The notes beneath the pieces are model-generated. The model worked only from the letters and a program-made list of their open reading frames with translations, was not told where the DNA came from and made no database searches. A DNA stretch of 60,021 bases, the filler included. It is 9 parts of 9 records of this genome, joined end to end, with 100 filler letters (N's around TTAATTAATTAA, not from the genome) between each part and the next. Parts side by side here need not be neighbours in the genome. Positions count along the whole stretch, not along the records: positions 35,575 to 45,095 come from DRR723986_127097; positions 45,196 to 54,277 come from DRR723986_131302; 7 more parts are not named here. One strand, written 5' to 3'. Both the position numbers and the translations under genes were made by a program. Shown piece by piece: positions 38,636-50,300 of the stretch (its first letter is position 1; the number at the start of each line of letters is the position of its first letter).

Positions 38636-41030
38636 ATTAATTTTCATATTAACTTTTTTGGTTCAACTCCAATTATACGGTCAGTGTAATTTGTATGGCA
38701 CGCTCTATTCAAATACTGATAAAACCACTGTGCCTTATGCGAAAATAGTACTTAACGGAGAAGAAACCCAATTTACCCTTTCAGATGAATTTGGAAGATT
38801 CTATTTTGAAAATCTCTCTTGTCAATCATATCTATTGTCTGTCTCATCAATTGGGTTTGATAAATTATCAGAAGAAATTGAAATAACTGGAGACGAAACT
38901 GAATTAACAATTGAATTGATAGACACCATGCATCTTAAGGCTGTAACAGTATTTGCCAATTCTGATTTTGAATCACGTGGAATGAGAACAGTTGAAGAAA
39001 TGATACTGACTCATGGAAAGAAAACCCAGTTAATAGATATTTCGAAAATGGTTGCCAATCAATCGAGCAACAACGCACGAGAGCTATATGCATCAGTACC
39101 AGGTTTAAATATTTGGGAAAGTGATGCTGGGGGCCTTCAACTCGGAATAGGTGCAAGAGGCCTGAGTCCAAACCGTACTGCACATTTCAACACAAGACAA
39201 AATGGTTATGATATCTCTGCAGATGCTCTTGGTTACCCTGAAACTTACTACACTCCGCCTTCTGAAGCAATACAAGAAATTCAATTAATTCGAGGAGCTG
39301 CCTCACTTCAATTCGGCCCACAATTTGGAGGGATGTTAAATTTTCAATTAATTGAACCGTCTAAAAAAGCGTTTCAATATCAGGGACAACACTCCTATGG
39401 AGGATATAACATGATAAACTCTTTTAATTCCGTATCAGGAACTTTAAAGAAAAAATTCTCATACCTCGCTTACTACAAATACAAAAAAGGAAATGGATGG
39501 CGCGACAATTCTAAATTTAACCAACACAACGCATTTGCCCAGTTAAAATACAAATTCAATGAAAATCTGTCTTTGCTCACAGAATTTACTTTCATGTCTT
39601 ATCTTGCACAACAAGCAGGAGGATTGACAGACGCTATGTTCAATCAAAATCCTCGTCAATCAATCAGAAGCAGAAACTGGTTCAAAGTTATCTGGAATTT
39701 AATGGCGGCAAATTTACATTGGGACATTAGCAGAAGTTCAAAACTGGATCTAAAAGTCTATAAAGTTATAGCGAGCCGAGAAGCACTAGGAAATCTAGAT
39801 AAAATTACGCGTCTTGATGATTTTCTTAATAGAGATTTGATCTCTGGTCAATTCGATAACCTTGGAGCTGAATTAAGATTCTTAAAACACTACCCAATTG
39901 GCAAAAAATTAAAAGGTAGTCTCGTAGCTGGAGTTAGATATTATCAAGGGCAAACAACTTCAAAACAAGGATTAGCAGATGCTGAAACTGGACCTAACTT
40001 CAGTTTTATTAATCCAGATAATTTAGAGGGTTCTAGTTATATTTTCCCTTCAAACAATTATTCAATTTTTGGTGAAAACATGTTGAGACTATCAAAAAAA
40101 CTGTGGGTTTCAGCAGGATTAAGGTATGAATACATAGAAACTGAAGCTCAAGGCACTTACCGCGAAATGGTTTTTCATCCATTAACGAATGAATTATTAT
40201 TTGACTCCACTTACAGTGAAACTAAAAAATCCAAGCGAAGTATCTTTTTAGGTGGTTTAGGCATTACGTATCGATTATCGGATAAATCAGAAATCTACTC
40301 CAATATCGCTCAAAACTACCGAGGAATTAATTTTTCGGATATTAGAATTAACAACCCCAATCAACAGGTGGACGAGAACATTCAAGATGAAAAAGGCTTC
40401 AACGCTGACCTAGGAATTAGAGGAAACAAAAAGAACTTCCAATTCGATCTTAGCGGATTCTTCCTCTATTACGATAATAAAATTGGAGTCATCAATAAAA
40501 AACTTAACGATTTTGAATTTGTTAGATATAGAACCAATATCGGTACAGCATACAGTACTGGACTTGAACTATTTGCTGAATATCAATTTAAGAAATCAGA
40601 CAGCTCAAAAATATACTCCTCTGCCTTTATTAATGGATCTTACGTTTATGCAAAATACGGCAAAACTGATGAGTCTGCTTATGAAGGAAACGATATAGAG
40701 CTGGTTCCTCCATTTACAATTAAAGCTGGATACAAATTGTTTGTAAAAAAATGGACATTCTCATATTTGGTGAGTTATGTGCAACAACACTATACAGATG
40801 GTACCAATGCAGAGTTTGACCCTAATGCAGTTGCCGGAATAATACCATCTTATTATGTAATGGATTTCGGAACGAAACTAGAACTAAACAAGTATTTAAC
40901 TTTTAAAGGAGGGGTAAACAATCTAACAAATAATCAATACTTTACTAGAAGAGCTTCTGCTTATCCGGGACCTGGAATCATCCCATCAGATGGCATAAAT
41001 TTTTATGTCACCCTTCAGCTTACTTTATAA
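38628..41030 (+). CDS. TonB-dependent receptor, FecA-like
   Basis: N-terminal carboxypeptidase-regulatory-like domain; plug RGLSPNR, YPETYYTP, RGAASLQFGPQFGG; C-terminal NNLTN..YFTRR. Confidence 0.93.
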   Translation: MNKLIFILTFLVQLQLYGQCNLYGTLYSNTDKTTVPYAKIVLNGEETQFTLSDEFGRFYFENLSCQSYLLSVSSIGFDKLSEEIEITGDETELTIELIDTMHLKAVTVFANSDFESRGMRTVEEMILTHGKKTQLIDISKMVANQSSNNARELYASVPGLNIWESDAGGLQLGIGARGLSPNRTAHFNTRQNGYDISADALGYPETYYTPPSEAIQEIQLIRGAASLQFGPQFGGMLNFQLIEPSKKAFQYQGQHSYGGYNMINSFNSVSGTLKKKFSYLAYYKYKKGNGWRDNSKFNQHNAFAQLKYKFNENLSLLTEFTFMSYLAQQAGGLTDAMFNQNPRQSIRSRNWFKVIWNLMAANLHWDISRSSKLDLKVYKVIASREALGNLDKITRLDDFLNRDLISGQFDNLGAELRFLKHYPIGKKLKGSLVAGVRYYQGQTTSKQGLADAETGPNFSFINPDNLEGSSYIFPSNNYSIFGENMLRLSKKLWVSAGLRYEYIETEAQGTYREMVFHPLTNELLFDSTYSETKKSKRSIFLGGLGITYRLSDKSEIYSNIAQNYRGINFSDIRINNPNQQVDENIQDEKGFNADLGIRGNKKNFQFDLSGFFLYYDNKIGVINKKLNDFEFVRYRTNIGTAYSTGLELFAEYQFKKSDSSKIYSSAFINGSYVYAKYGKTDESAYEGNDIELVPPFTIKAGYKLFVKKWTFSYLVSYVQQHYTDGTNAEFDPNAVAGIIPSYYVMDFGTKLELNKYLTFKGGVNNLTNNQYFTRRASAYPGPGIIPSDGINFYVTLQLTL

Positions 41031-42225
41031 ATTTAAAAGAGAAATCATACGCTTTAGAGTTTAAGATATATGCTCCTTTTTTAAGATTTTCAACATGGAT
41101 TTTCCCGTTAAGGTTGACATTGCTAAAATCTAGAACGATCTTACCGCTTAAATCATAAACCTTAAAGTCATTCACGCCATTTGGAAAATCTTCAAGTACA
41201 ATTATTTGATCTGTATCATTATAAAATGCAGTTGGCACTAAAACTTTCTCATCAATTCCATTAAAGGAGCTTTGCACCTCTATCTCCATATAAACAGGTA
41301 AATGATCAGACATATCATGCAAATCCTGAATAATATTTGATGGTAAAGTCGTGTTTACTGGCGCATCAGTTAAAGCTGAATTAAAATGATTTCCATCCTG
41401 CCCATACGCCCAATACGTTCCATCAATATATTTTGCCTGAGCTCCCCAATTCAATAAATCTGGTGAAATAAAAATAAAATCAAATCGATCATCCATTCCT
41501 CCAGTTGCACCGTTATCCAATGACACGGTTCTGGTAGATTGAGTGTGAACATCCGCATAACCCCAGTCATTATGCCATGCGCCTGGTGTATTGATTGGAT
41601 CCTTTAACTCCACTCCTGCTCCATTTAACACAGTGTTCCAGGCGGGTTCAGAACTAGTATAAAGATTAAAATCACCTCCAAGTACCACATTCTCAATAGT
41701 TGAACGTGTCGCCATATAATTTTTCAAATCTTCGGCCATATCATTTCTTTGAGTTGAATCTGATTGTCCAGCCTTTAAATGACACATGTACATGTAAAAA
41801 AAAGTAGTATCAGTTGTTGTAGCAAGGTCTGAGCTCTTATAATAGAGTACGTATTCATTAATATCTCTTAAATCAGTTGAAATTATATTTTGCTCATACA
41901 TTTCAAGTTTAGTAGTATTGAAATAAAGCATGTTTTCTGTATCTGTTCCAGGAGTATAATTAGACTTTTCATAATAGGTTATTCCGTTTTGATTTAGAGC
42001 ATCATTTAATACAGCATTTGCACCAGATGAACTTGTCAATTCACAAACCATCAAAACATCCGGCAATTCATGCTGAACAATATTTTTTAAGAGCGTTATC
42101 CTGCCCGCATTTTCAAAAGGAAACTTCAACAGATTGTAAGCCATAACACTAATAGTGTCAGTTGATTGGGCCTGAACACCACTCAAAGTAATGCCCAGTA
42201 ATAATAATAATGTCAGTCTTTTCAT
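41020..42225 (-). CDS. Endonuclease/exonuclease/phosphatase family protein with T9SS CTD
   Basis: YNLL, HLKAG, GDFN, DRFDFI, SDHLPV; CTD YDLSGK...GAYIL. Confidence 0.9.
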   Translation of the reverse strand: MKRLTLLLLLGITLSGVQAQSTDTISVMAYNLLKFPFENAGRITLLKNIVQHELPDVLMVCELTSSSGANAVLNDALNQNGITYYEKSNYTPGTDTENMLYFNTTKLEMYEQNIISTDLRDINEYVLYYKSSDLATTTDTTFFYMYMCHLKAGQSDSTQRNDMAEDLKNYMATRSTIENVVLGGDFNLYTSSEPAWNTVLNGAGVELKDPINTPGAWHNDWGYADVHTQSTRTVSLDNGATGGMDDRFDFIFISPDLLNWGAQAKYIDGTYWAYGQDGNHFNSALTDAPVNTTLPSNIIQDLHDMSDHLPVYMEIEVQSSFNGIDEKVLVPTAFYNDTDQIIVLEDFPNGVNDFKVYDLSGKIVLDFSNVNLNGKIHVENLKKGAYILNSKAYDFSFKFIK

Positions 42226-42339
42226 TAGTATAAATATACCTAAAGCCACACTATTCTGTGCTTTTTCACGTTTAGATATTATTAACAATCCTTAAGAAAG
42301 AATATTTAGAAGAAATTCTCCTAATTAAAGAATTGACAC

Positions 42340-42347
42340 TAAATTTG
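42340..42347 (+). promoter_or_regulatory. Bacteroidota -7 promoter element
   Basis: TAAATTTG 35 nt upstream of 42383. Confidence 0.5.
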
Positions 42348-42382
42348 CAAACCTTATCTTAAACTAGGATGCAAGCCAAAAA

Positions 42383-43255
42383 ATGAAAAGCAAAAGCGTA
42401 TATCTAATATTGATTGTAATTACACTTTTTTCATGCAAAAAAACAGATTTAACACCGGCTTGGTTAATCATTGATGAAATACAACTTCAGACAGATGAAG
42501 GAACTGAAGGACCAAATTCACATGCCATTACAGACGCATGGATTTATTTAGATAACGTTCCGTTTGGTGTTTATTCGCTACCTGCAAGAATTCCTGTTCT
42601 AGAAGAAGGCAATCATGAATTACTAATTTATGCAGGAATTAAAGAAAATGGTATTTCAGCTACTCGGGTAAGATATCCGTTCTATACACGATATGAAACG
42701 AATGTAAATTTTGTCAAAAACCAAGAAATAGAAATATTTCCAGTTGTTTCATATAGACCTAATGTTCAATTTGCTCTTAAGGAGGATTTTGAGGATGTGG
42801 GTATAGACTTTCAAAAAGATCCAGTTTCAGATACCAACATTGTGATAATTACAAGTTCAATGTATCCTGAAATTGTGAAATATGGTAATAACTGTGGTAG
42901 AATTGAACTAAATGAAATTGATTCGATTTACAAGGGTTTTACTACTACCAACATGAATTTGCCTAAAATTGATGAAGTCTATTTAGAAATAGACTATATG
43001 AATTCAAACTCAATAGCAACGAATATAATCGCCAAAAACGCCGGAGGACAGGCTGAACATCCGCCTGTGTTTATCTTGAATGCACAAGATAAGGACAACA
43101 TGGTTTGGAAAAAAATATATATAAATCTAACTGAAGATGTCAGTTCTGAAATCAACGCAACCAGCTACGAACTTTATTTATTGGCTTTACTTGACCCAGA
43201 ACAATCATATGGTGTAATCTATTTGGACAACATAAAAGTCCTGAGAATCGAGTGA
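42383..43255 (+). CDS. Hypothetical lipoprotein
   Basis: Lipobox LFSC; ITDAW...GIKENGIS.TR..YPFY. Confidence 0.75.
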   Translation: MKSKSVYLILIVITLFSCKKTDLTPAWLIIDEIQLQTDEGTEGPNSHAITDAWIYLDNVPFGVYSLPARIPVLEEGNHELLIYAGIKENGISATRVRYPFYTRYETNVNFVKNQEIEIFPVVSYRPNVQFALKEDFEDVGIDFQKDPVSDTNIVIITSSMYPEIVKYGNNCGRIELNEIDSIYKGFTTTNMNLPKIDEVYLEIDYMNSNSIATNIIAKNAGGQAEHPPVFILNAQDKDNMVWKKIYINLTEDVSSEINATSYELYLLALLDPEQSYGVIYLDNIKVLRIE

Positions 43256-44646
43256 AGACAAAATTAAAAACCATATTACTTCTTTCTTTTGATTTATTCA
43301 CAGCGGCAACTGCTTGGTTACTCTTTTATATATATAGAATTACCGAAATTGAACAAGCTGAACTCTCTTTTAAAGGTAATTTCTTTTTAGGATTAATTGT
43401 TTTACCTGTTTTGTGGATTTTTCTTTACACTATTCAAGGTACTTATCATAACGTGCTTAGATTGTATAGAATAAAGTCTCTTAAATTGACTTTTTTTGGT
43501 TCACTGATAGGATGCTTATTAATATTCTTTGTTTTTCTTCTGAACGATTTTGTGAATAACTACACACAACTCTACACCCTCTTTTTTCTTTTTTTAGGAC
43601 TTCATTTTTCTCTAACTATCATTCCAAGAATGATTTATACAACTTGGCATGTAAAGAGAATTCATGCAGGTAAATTTGGGTTCAATACGATCATTATTGG
43701 TGGAAATGATAAAGCAGTAAATATTTTGGATGAGATTAAAAAACTTAAGCAAAATCCTGGATATAAATTTATCGGCTATGTGAATATTAACGGAAACGAT
43801 TTTAAACTTGATGATAAATTACCATATTTAGGAAAAATTGATCGAATTAGTGAGATCGTCTCCACGAATTCTATTGATGAAGTTATTATTGCTCTAGAAA
43901 GTTCTGAACATGAAAAATTAAAAGATATCCTGGCGAATCTTGCCAGTTGTAATGTAAAAATTGGTGTGATTCCAGATGCATATGATCTTTTAGCTGGTCA
44001 AGTTCAGATGAATAGCATTTTCGGTGCTCTCCTACTGAACATCACCCCTACTACTATGCCAGATTGGCAATTCTCTACGAAACGAATTCTGGACATTTTT
44101 TTATCCTTGATCGCAATTTTATTGCTCACACCTGTTTATTTATTTTTAGCAATTCTGGTGAAGACATCATCAAAAGGTCCGGTTTTTTTCTCCCAAGAAA
44201 GAGTCGGTATTCACGGTAAACCATTTAGAATATTCAAATTCCGTACAATGTATGTTAATGCAGAAAAAGACGGTCCTCAACTATCCAGTTCGAACGATTC
44301 GAGAATCACTAAAATTGGTAAATTTCTGAGAAAAACAAGGTTAGATGAATTTCCACAATTCTGGAATGTTTTAAAAGGTGATATGTCACTTGTAGGCCCA
44401 AGACCCGAACGACAATTCTACATCGATCAAATTGCCGAAAAAGACCCGCAATATCTTTATCTACATAAAGTTAGACCAGGAATAACATCTTGGGGACAAG
44501 TAAAGTTTGGTTATGCTGAAAATGTTGAGCAAATGGTAGAACGAATGAAATATGATTTACTGTATATAAGAAATATGTCCCTGGCTCTTGATTTAAAAAT
44601 CATGTTCTATACAATCGCCATAATATTCAAAGGAACCGGTAAGTGA
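43252..44646 (+). CDS. Polyprenyl-phosphate glycosylphosphotransferase (WcaJ/WbaP-like)
   Basis: Four N-terminal TMs; KRILD, KFRTM, RLDEFPQFWNVLKGDMSLVGPRPE, PGITSWGQV. Confidence 0.95.
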   Translation: MKTKLKTILLLSFDLFTAATAWLLFYIYRITEIEQAELSFKGNFFLGLIVLPVLWIFLYTIQGTYHNVLRLYRIKSLKLTFFGSLIGCLLIFFVFLLNDFVNNYTQLYTLFFLFLGLHFSLTIIPRMIYTTWHVKRIHAGKFGFNTIIIGGNDKAVNILDEIKKLKQNPGYKFIGYVNINGNDFKLDDKLPYLGKIDRISEIVSTNSIDEVIIALESSEHEKLKDILANLASCNVKIGVIPDAYDLLAGQVQMNSIFGALLLNITPTTMPDWQFSTKRILDIFLSLIAILLLTPVYLFLAILVKTSSKGPVFFSQERVGIHGKPFRIFKFRTMYVNAEKDGPQLSSSNDSRITKIGKFLRKTRLDEFPQFWNVLKGDMSLVGPRPERQFYIDQIAEKDPQYLYLHKVRPGITSWGQVKFGYAENVEQMVERMKYDLLYIRNMSLALDLKIMFYTIAIIFKGTGK

Positions 44647-44991
44647 TTAATTTAGCATTTGACGATCCCATGTTATTATTAGACGATCACATTCTTTAAT
44701 AAATTGATCATATTGAAATAATCCTTTAGAGTCAAACCCTTCCTCTTTCAATACACTAAAATATATTTTTTGAATCAATTCTAAAATATTCGAATTAATA
44801 AGAATCTTCGAGGCTTTCGGGTCTGCATTAAAATTTTGATAAACTTCTTCAATTCCTTTTATTCTTCTTTCTTCAAATTGAGTTAGATTCTTTTTTGACT
44901 TTAATTCTATAAAAGCAGGTAATAGTACTCTACTCATTCTAACAAATCTTTGCATAAGATAGACAGCAATTATTCTTTCCGAAATCTTCAT
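44647..44991 (-). CDS. Hypothetical protein
   Basis: 114-aa ATG ORF convergent with the sugar transferase. Confidence 0.6.
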   Translation of the reverse strand: MKISERIIAVYLMQRFVRMSRVLLPAFIELKSKKNLTQFEERRIKGIEEVYQNFNADPKASKILINSNILELIQKIYFSVLKEEGFDSKGLFQYDQFIKECDRLIITWDRQMLN

Positions 44992-45095
44992 CCTATTAAT
45001 AAAACGACTTTTTTACAGAATAGTTGTTTTCAGTTTTAGCTTTTCAACTCTACTCAACAAAAATTAGTGCAAAAAAATACCCCTATTACATTTGT

Positions 45096-45195
45096 NNNNN
45101 NNNNNNNNNNNNNNNNNNNNNNNNNNNNNNNNNNNNNNNTTAATTAATTAANNNNNNNNNNNNNNNNNNNNNNNNNNNNNNNNNNNNNNNNNNNN
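45096..45195. other. Artificial contig linker
   Basis: N44-TTAATTAATTAA-N44. Confidence 0.99.
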
Positions 45196-45348
45196 GCGGA
45201 TCTTTAGAGGTTGCGCAGCAATCCTGTGAAGATTCGCTTTTTTACAAGTCTCACAATAGATAAATTGTTTTAAAGGAAGGTTGATATTGTCGGTTTTGTG
45301 CGTTTTAAGATGTACCGATTCTTCAGCGATTAGTATTAAACGATTCAA

Positions 45349-45765
45349 TCATTGTTCCAAAACTGTTATTGGTAAATCAGTAGTACCTGCGTAAAATACT
45401 ATAATTTCAACAGGTGTATTTCTTTTATTTATTCCAAAGTGTATTTTATTAACGAGTTCTACAATAACATCACCTGGTTTTAAATGTAGCACGTTGTTGC
45501 TCTTATCAATAACCGTTAGTTCACCTTTTATTATAATACCCGTGTTAATAACAGGATGGTAGTGTTTTTTAAGTTTTGTTTTAGCTGGTATAGTAATTTT
45601 TAATACCGTAACCTTCGGGGTCCCTTGGGGATATTTAGGTAAAGGATCCCCATTCCAACTGGTGGTAGTTTCGATAAGTTTAACAACACTAATGGTCTGT
45701 TTTTTCTGTGTAGCGCATGAGACTAATAAGATTACAAGACCAATAAGAAAGATTTTGTTTTTCAT
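45349..45765 (-). CDS. Cupin domain lipoprotein
   Basis: Lipobox LVSC; SWNGDPLPKYP, HYHP, GEL, E...HFG. Confidence 0.88.
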   Translation of the reverse strand: MKNKIFLIGLVILLVSCATQKKQTISVVKLIETTTSWNGDPLPKYPQGTPKVTVLKITIPAKTKLKKHYHPVINTGIIIKGELTVIDKSNNVLHLKPGDVIVELVNKIHFGINKRNTPVEIIVFYAGTTDLPITVLEQ

Positions 45766-46062
45766 TTAGTTTTCATTTTTTAGATTAAAAACAGGTACTT
45801 TATTATTCAGATGTATTATAGATTTATGTTTTAAAGTATTTGCAGATTTGTTTTTGCTATAATAAAAACCATAGTTTTAATTCTATTTTAAGATGTTTTT
45901 GTACTAATAACAGTGTTAAATGTTAAAAAAAATTGTATTTCATCGAAATAAATAGCATTTAAACGTAAATATTAAAATATTATACGATATTTGAATTGTT
46001 GTAAAGGATACCTCAAATCTATCATAATTTTAATTTATAAGTTAGTAATTAAACCCAAATCT

Positions 46063-46097
46063 ACCAGATCTTAACCTACTTAAGTTCTGGTTTTTTT
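46063..46097 (+). terminator. Intrinsic terminator with no plus-strand CDS upstream
   Basis: ACCAGA-T-CTTAA-CCTAC-TTAAG-T-TCTGGT running into T7. Confidence 0.7.
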
Positions 46098-46358
46098 ATA
46101 CAATCGTTTTACTGTTTAGTTTTTATGGCTTTGTTATCCAAATTGTATAGCTTGTAAATACGATATGCCAAAACCTGTTACACTACAAACATGATTCAAT
46201 TACGAAACCTTAAATTTTACAGACATTATGATTAATAATAATTAGGTTTTGGGTACTACTATCTAGGCAGTTCGTATTAGTTATATTTTGAGAGTATTAG
46301 TGTTTTGTTTGGTGACAATAGAATAAGTCCCCTACTATTGTAAAATGAAAATCTATTT

Positions 46359-47156
46359 TTAATTAATATTTTCAATTGTTGCGAGTTGTCCTTTTTTTAT
46401 AATGTCGTTAATTCCATCCCATAACGCAATTCGCTTTTTCAATGCCTCTTTAGCTACTGATAGGGTTTCATTCCATTTGTGATCGTTTTCTCCACAAAGT
46501 TCAGATACCATCTTTAGAGATAAAGGTCCATGTTCATCCCCGTCTAATTCAATATGTCGTTTTAAATAATATTTTAATTTGCTATACGATTTATCTTCAG
46601 ATTCTCCAGATTTTAAAATTTCAATAAACATGTCGGGGATAACATCCTCTCTTCCAAAGGTGAATGCAGAAGCAACAAGATGTGGTTTATTGGTCTCAAT
46701 AATAGAGAACGTGAATTTTACGAAGTCAGCAATTCTCTTATCAATATTGATTTGGTTTAATGCATTATTTATCGTACAGTTATTATCATTGATAAGTTTT
46801 ATGAATTTATCAATTTCTGTAGTACTTGCATTAGCTTGATCCATTGCATCTAAGTACATTTCAAAATGACTTTTAGGCTCTCCTAACTCATTAATATCGC
46901 TCTCTTCACCATGTACAATTTCATTTATAAATCTTGATAATGTTGGATGTTTTGAAGGTGTCCATGGTGTTTTGACAGTTGTTAATTCCGTTTGAAGAAA
47001 TTTTAATAAAGACATAAAGTCCCATACAGCAAACACGTGGTTCTCCATAAATACTTTAATGTCATCGATAGTTTCTAAATTATCATAAAGTATATGCTGT
47101 TTTAATTGTCTTCTGAGATCAGAAATTTCATTTTCTATGTGTGTTATCTTATTCAT
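46359..47156 (-). CDS. DUF3050 family protein (heme-oxygenase-like fold)
   Basis: [50 protein letters not shown]. Confidence 0.88.
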   Translation of the reverse strand: MNKITHIENEISDLRRQLKQHILYDNLETIDDIKVFMENHVFAVWDFMSLLKFLQTELTTVKTPWTPSKHPTLSRFINEIVHGEESDINELGEPKSHFEMYLDAMDQANASTTEIDKFIKLINDNNCTINNALNQINIDKRIADFVKFTFSIIETNKPHLVASAFTFGREDVIPDMFIEILKSGESEDKSYSKLKYYLKRHIELDGDEHGPLSLKMVSELCGENDHKWNETLSVAKEALKKRIALWDGINDIIKKGQLATIENIN

Positions 47157-47341
47157 GGACTTTTTTGTAGCAAGTTAAAAAAGATAAAAATAAATGAAAG
47201 CAAAATTCTAAAAATATTACCTAAATGTTGTGATTTAAGTATGTAAAGTTGCTATAGTTAACCAGAAGGTTCATGGTACTATGGAGTAACGTATTACAAT
47301 GTATAGTGCATGTTTAAGATATAGATGTGTTCTAAATATAT

Positions 47342-50300
47342 TTACCTTATTAGAGCAAAGTGACCTTTAAGTGATATTATTTGTCCATTAATTACTACAG
47401 AGCCGTTGTACCAATAATCAGTAGATGGTAGGTTAATACCGTTTAGTGTGCCGTCCCAACCACGGCTATCTTTATTTAGCATGGCTATAATTTTTCCAAA
47501 TCGATCAAAAATATTTAGTTCTAAATACCCTAATTGATTGGCACCTTTAATTTGCCAAAAATCATTGTTACCGTCATTATTCGGAGTGAAAAATTTTGGA
47601 ACATTAAATACAAAGACCTCAATACTTAAAGTGTCACAACCATTAATATCTATGACTTGCAGCGTATGCGGTCCAGCGGCGATATTACTAAATGTTGAAC
47701 TGTCTTGTAGGTTGCCATTATCTAATGTATAGATATAGTCTCCATTGCCCTCTACGGTAACACTAATGGTGTTTAGAGGAGAAAAATTAGATATGCTAAT
47801 GCTTGTTATTGTAGCTGAAGAAGAACTTATAACCTCAAAATAGTGTTCTGAAGTACATCCGGTTTCAGAAGTTATTGTTACCCAATAGTTTCCTGTTTCG
47901 TTGATGTTAATTACAGAAGTAGTGGCTCCTGTAGACCATAAATAGGTATTATTATCAGTAGCTTGTTGTGCATTTATAAAAAGTGGTCCATTATTATCAC
48001 AAAGCGCTATTACAGGAGGTAAATTTAACACAGGGTATGGCTGCAGAATAACATTAAAATTTGCAATTGTATAACAGCCTGTTGCGTTATTTTCAATGCG
48101 TGCATAAATTAATTCATCATGGTAGCTATTATAGATTAGAGGGATTCTATCATAAGCATTTTGTGCATTTTCTAGAGTGGTATAATAGCTCACGGAAAAG
48201 AGAGACGGATCTTCATCTTGTAATAGTAGGTCATTTTGGGTTTCTAAAAGTATAGTCTCTATACCGTCATTATTAGTATCACAGATTTCAATATTTGGGG
48301 TTGACTGTACTATTGGATTAGGGTTTACTACAAGCACAAAAGGATAAATAACATAACAATCTGTATTTACATTTGAGACTCTAACATATAGATTGTCTGC
48401 TGCTGTAGCAGGATTATAAGGCTCAGTGATGTCATTATTTTGTGCAATTGCATCGTCTAAATTTAAGTAATACGTATAGCTTTTATTAAACGTGTTCTCT
48501 GTGACTAGAGTATTTATAGGGCTTAAATCGATGTTTTGTGCTTCACTCTCGCAGATCTCATACTTTATAAAATCATTAATTACTGGTGGGGGGTTAACCA
48601 CAAGATCTAAAGGGAAAGAGAAAAAACATCCAGAAATTGTATTTTGTACTTTAACATAAATGGTCTGAGGATTGCTGAGGTTATTATAGTTTTCTAGAGC
48701 AGTTATACTGTTGGTGTTGTCTGTTAAATCTGTTTCAGTTTCAAAGTAGCTTACCTCAATATTTAAGGTTCTTATATTAAATATAAGATCTTCAGTAGTT
48801 GTAAGGTCAAATGTATTTAATCCATCATAATCGTTGTCACATACCTCTAGTGATTGTATTTGATTAATATCTGCAACCAAATACACCTCTATCAAAAAGC
48901 TTGTAATAGGTTGACATAAACCACCATTATCTACACGTGCAAAAATTTCTTGTGGGTTTGAGGTATTTGTAAAATTGTTAGGTAACGTATTAGTATTGGT
49001 TAATGCGTCGTTATAAGAGCCGTAAAACGAAAAGTTAAGATTATCTGCAATACCTAGACTCATTTCTACGGCTTTTTCAGAAAGGTCAAAGGTTTCAAAA
49101 CCATCATTAGTAATATCGTCACACAGAAACATATCACTAGGCTCGTTATATGTTGGGTTGGAAGACACTATAAGCTCAAATTCTGCAATAGTATAACAGT
49201 TAGGGTCATTTAGGTGCTCTACCCTTACGCTTATAGTTTGTGGATTGTCTATATTTTGATAGTTGTTGTTTTTATCTATAATATTAGTAGAATTAAGGGC
49301 ATCTTCAGTCGTTTCAAAATAAAGCACATTTAAGCCTTCAATATCTCCGGTAATATCTATGTCTTTATTAGCCAGAATAAAATCTCCTATACCATCGCTA
49401 TTATCCTCGCAATATATATAAGGTGATATAGGTTGTAATTGAGGTTCTGTATTTATATATATAGAATGCGGAACAATAGTAAAACAATTGGTGTCTGTAT
49501 TTGTAACACGTATGTATATGGTAGTGCTTTCAGTAATAAAGTTAGATGGATTTGTAATAGCATTTGAGCCGCTCGTAGCATTATTTTCTGTAGCATAAAA
49601 ACTAATGGTACTGTCCATAAGACTAGCTAGTAAATTTTGTGTTTCAGTTATTAAATTTACATTATAACTACCGTCCAAGTCGTCATCGCAAATAATAGTG
49701 TCTTCAATAGTATTTGTTTGTGGTGCAGGTAATACATTATAAGAAAATTGATTTACAGAATAGCATCTGGTATTGGTATTAGTAATGCGTGTATATAAGA
49801 GTTGAGGGTTGTTTATATTGGTAAAAATATTAGGTAGACTATTACTATTCACCGTGGCGTCTTCTTCCGTAAGATAATAGCGTACAGAAAAACCAGGTGT
49901 GCCGTTTACGACTAAATTTGTAAAAGTTTGAGTTAAATCTAAGCTTGTAAATGTCGAGGGATTTTCACTGCAGATAGCAATAGTGCCAATTGAGGAAAAT
50001 TCAGTTATGGGCTCAAGATTCATTTCTACTTCTGCAAAAATTGGAGTAGTACAGTTTTCTGCATTTATACTGGCATAGAGAATAAGTTCCGCTGTGCTTA
50101 TTATCTGAGTAATGGTTGGATCTAAAACATTGGTCTCATTATCTCTGTCAATTTCAGTAACATAATAAGAAATAGATGTCGGTATTGTTACGTTAGAAAA
50201 AAGGAAACCAGTTACCGCATCTAATTCATAGGTTTCAGTACCATCATTATCTGTATCACAAACTGAGTAGGGTTCGTTGTTGAGATTAGTTTTAACATAA

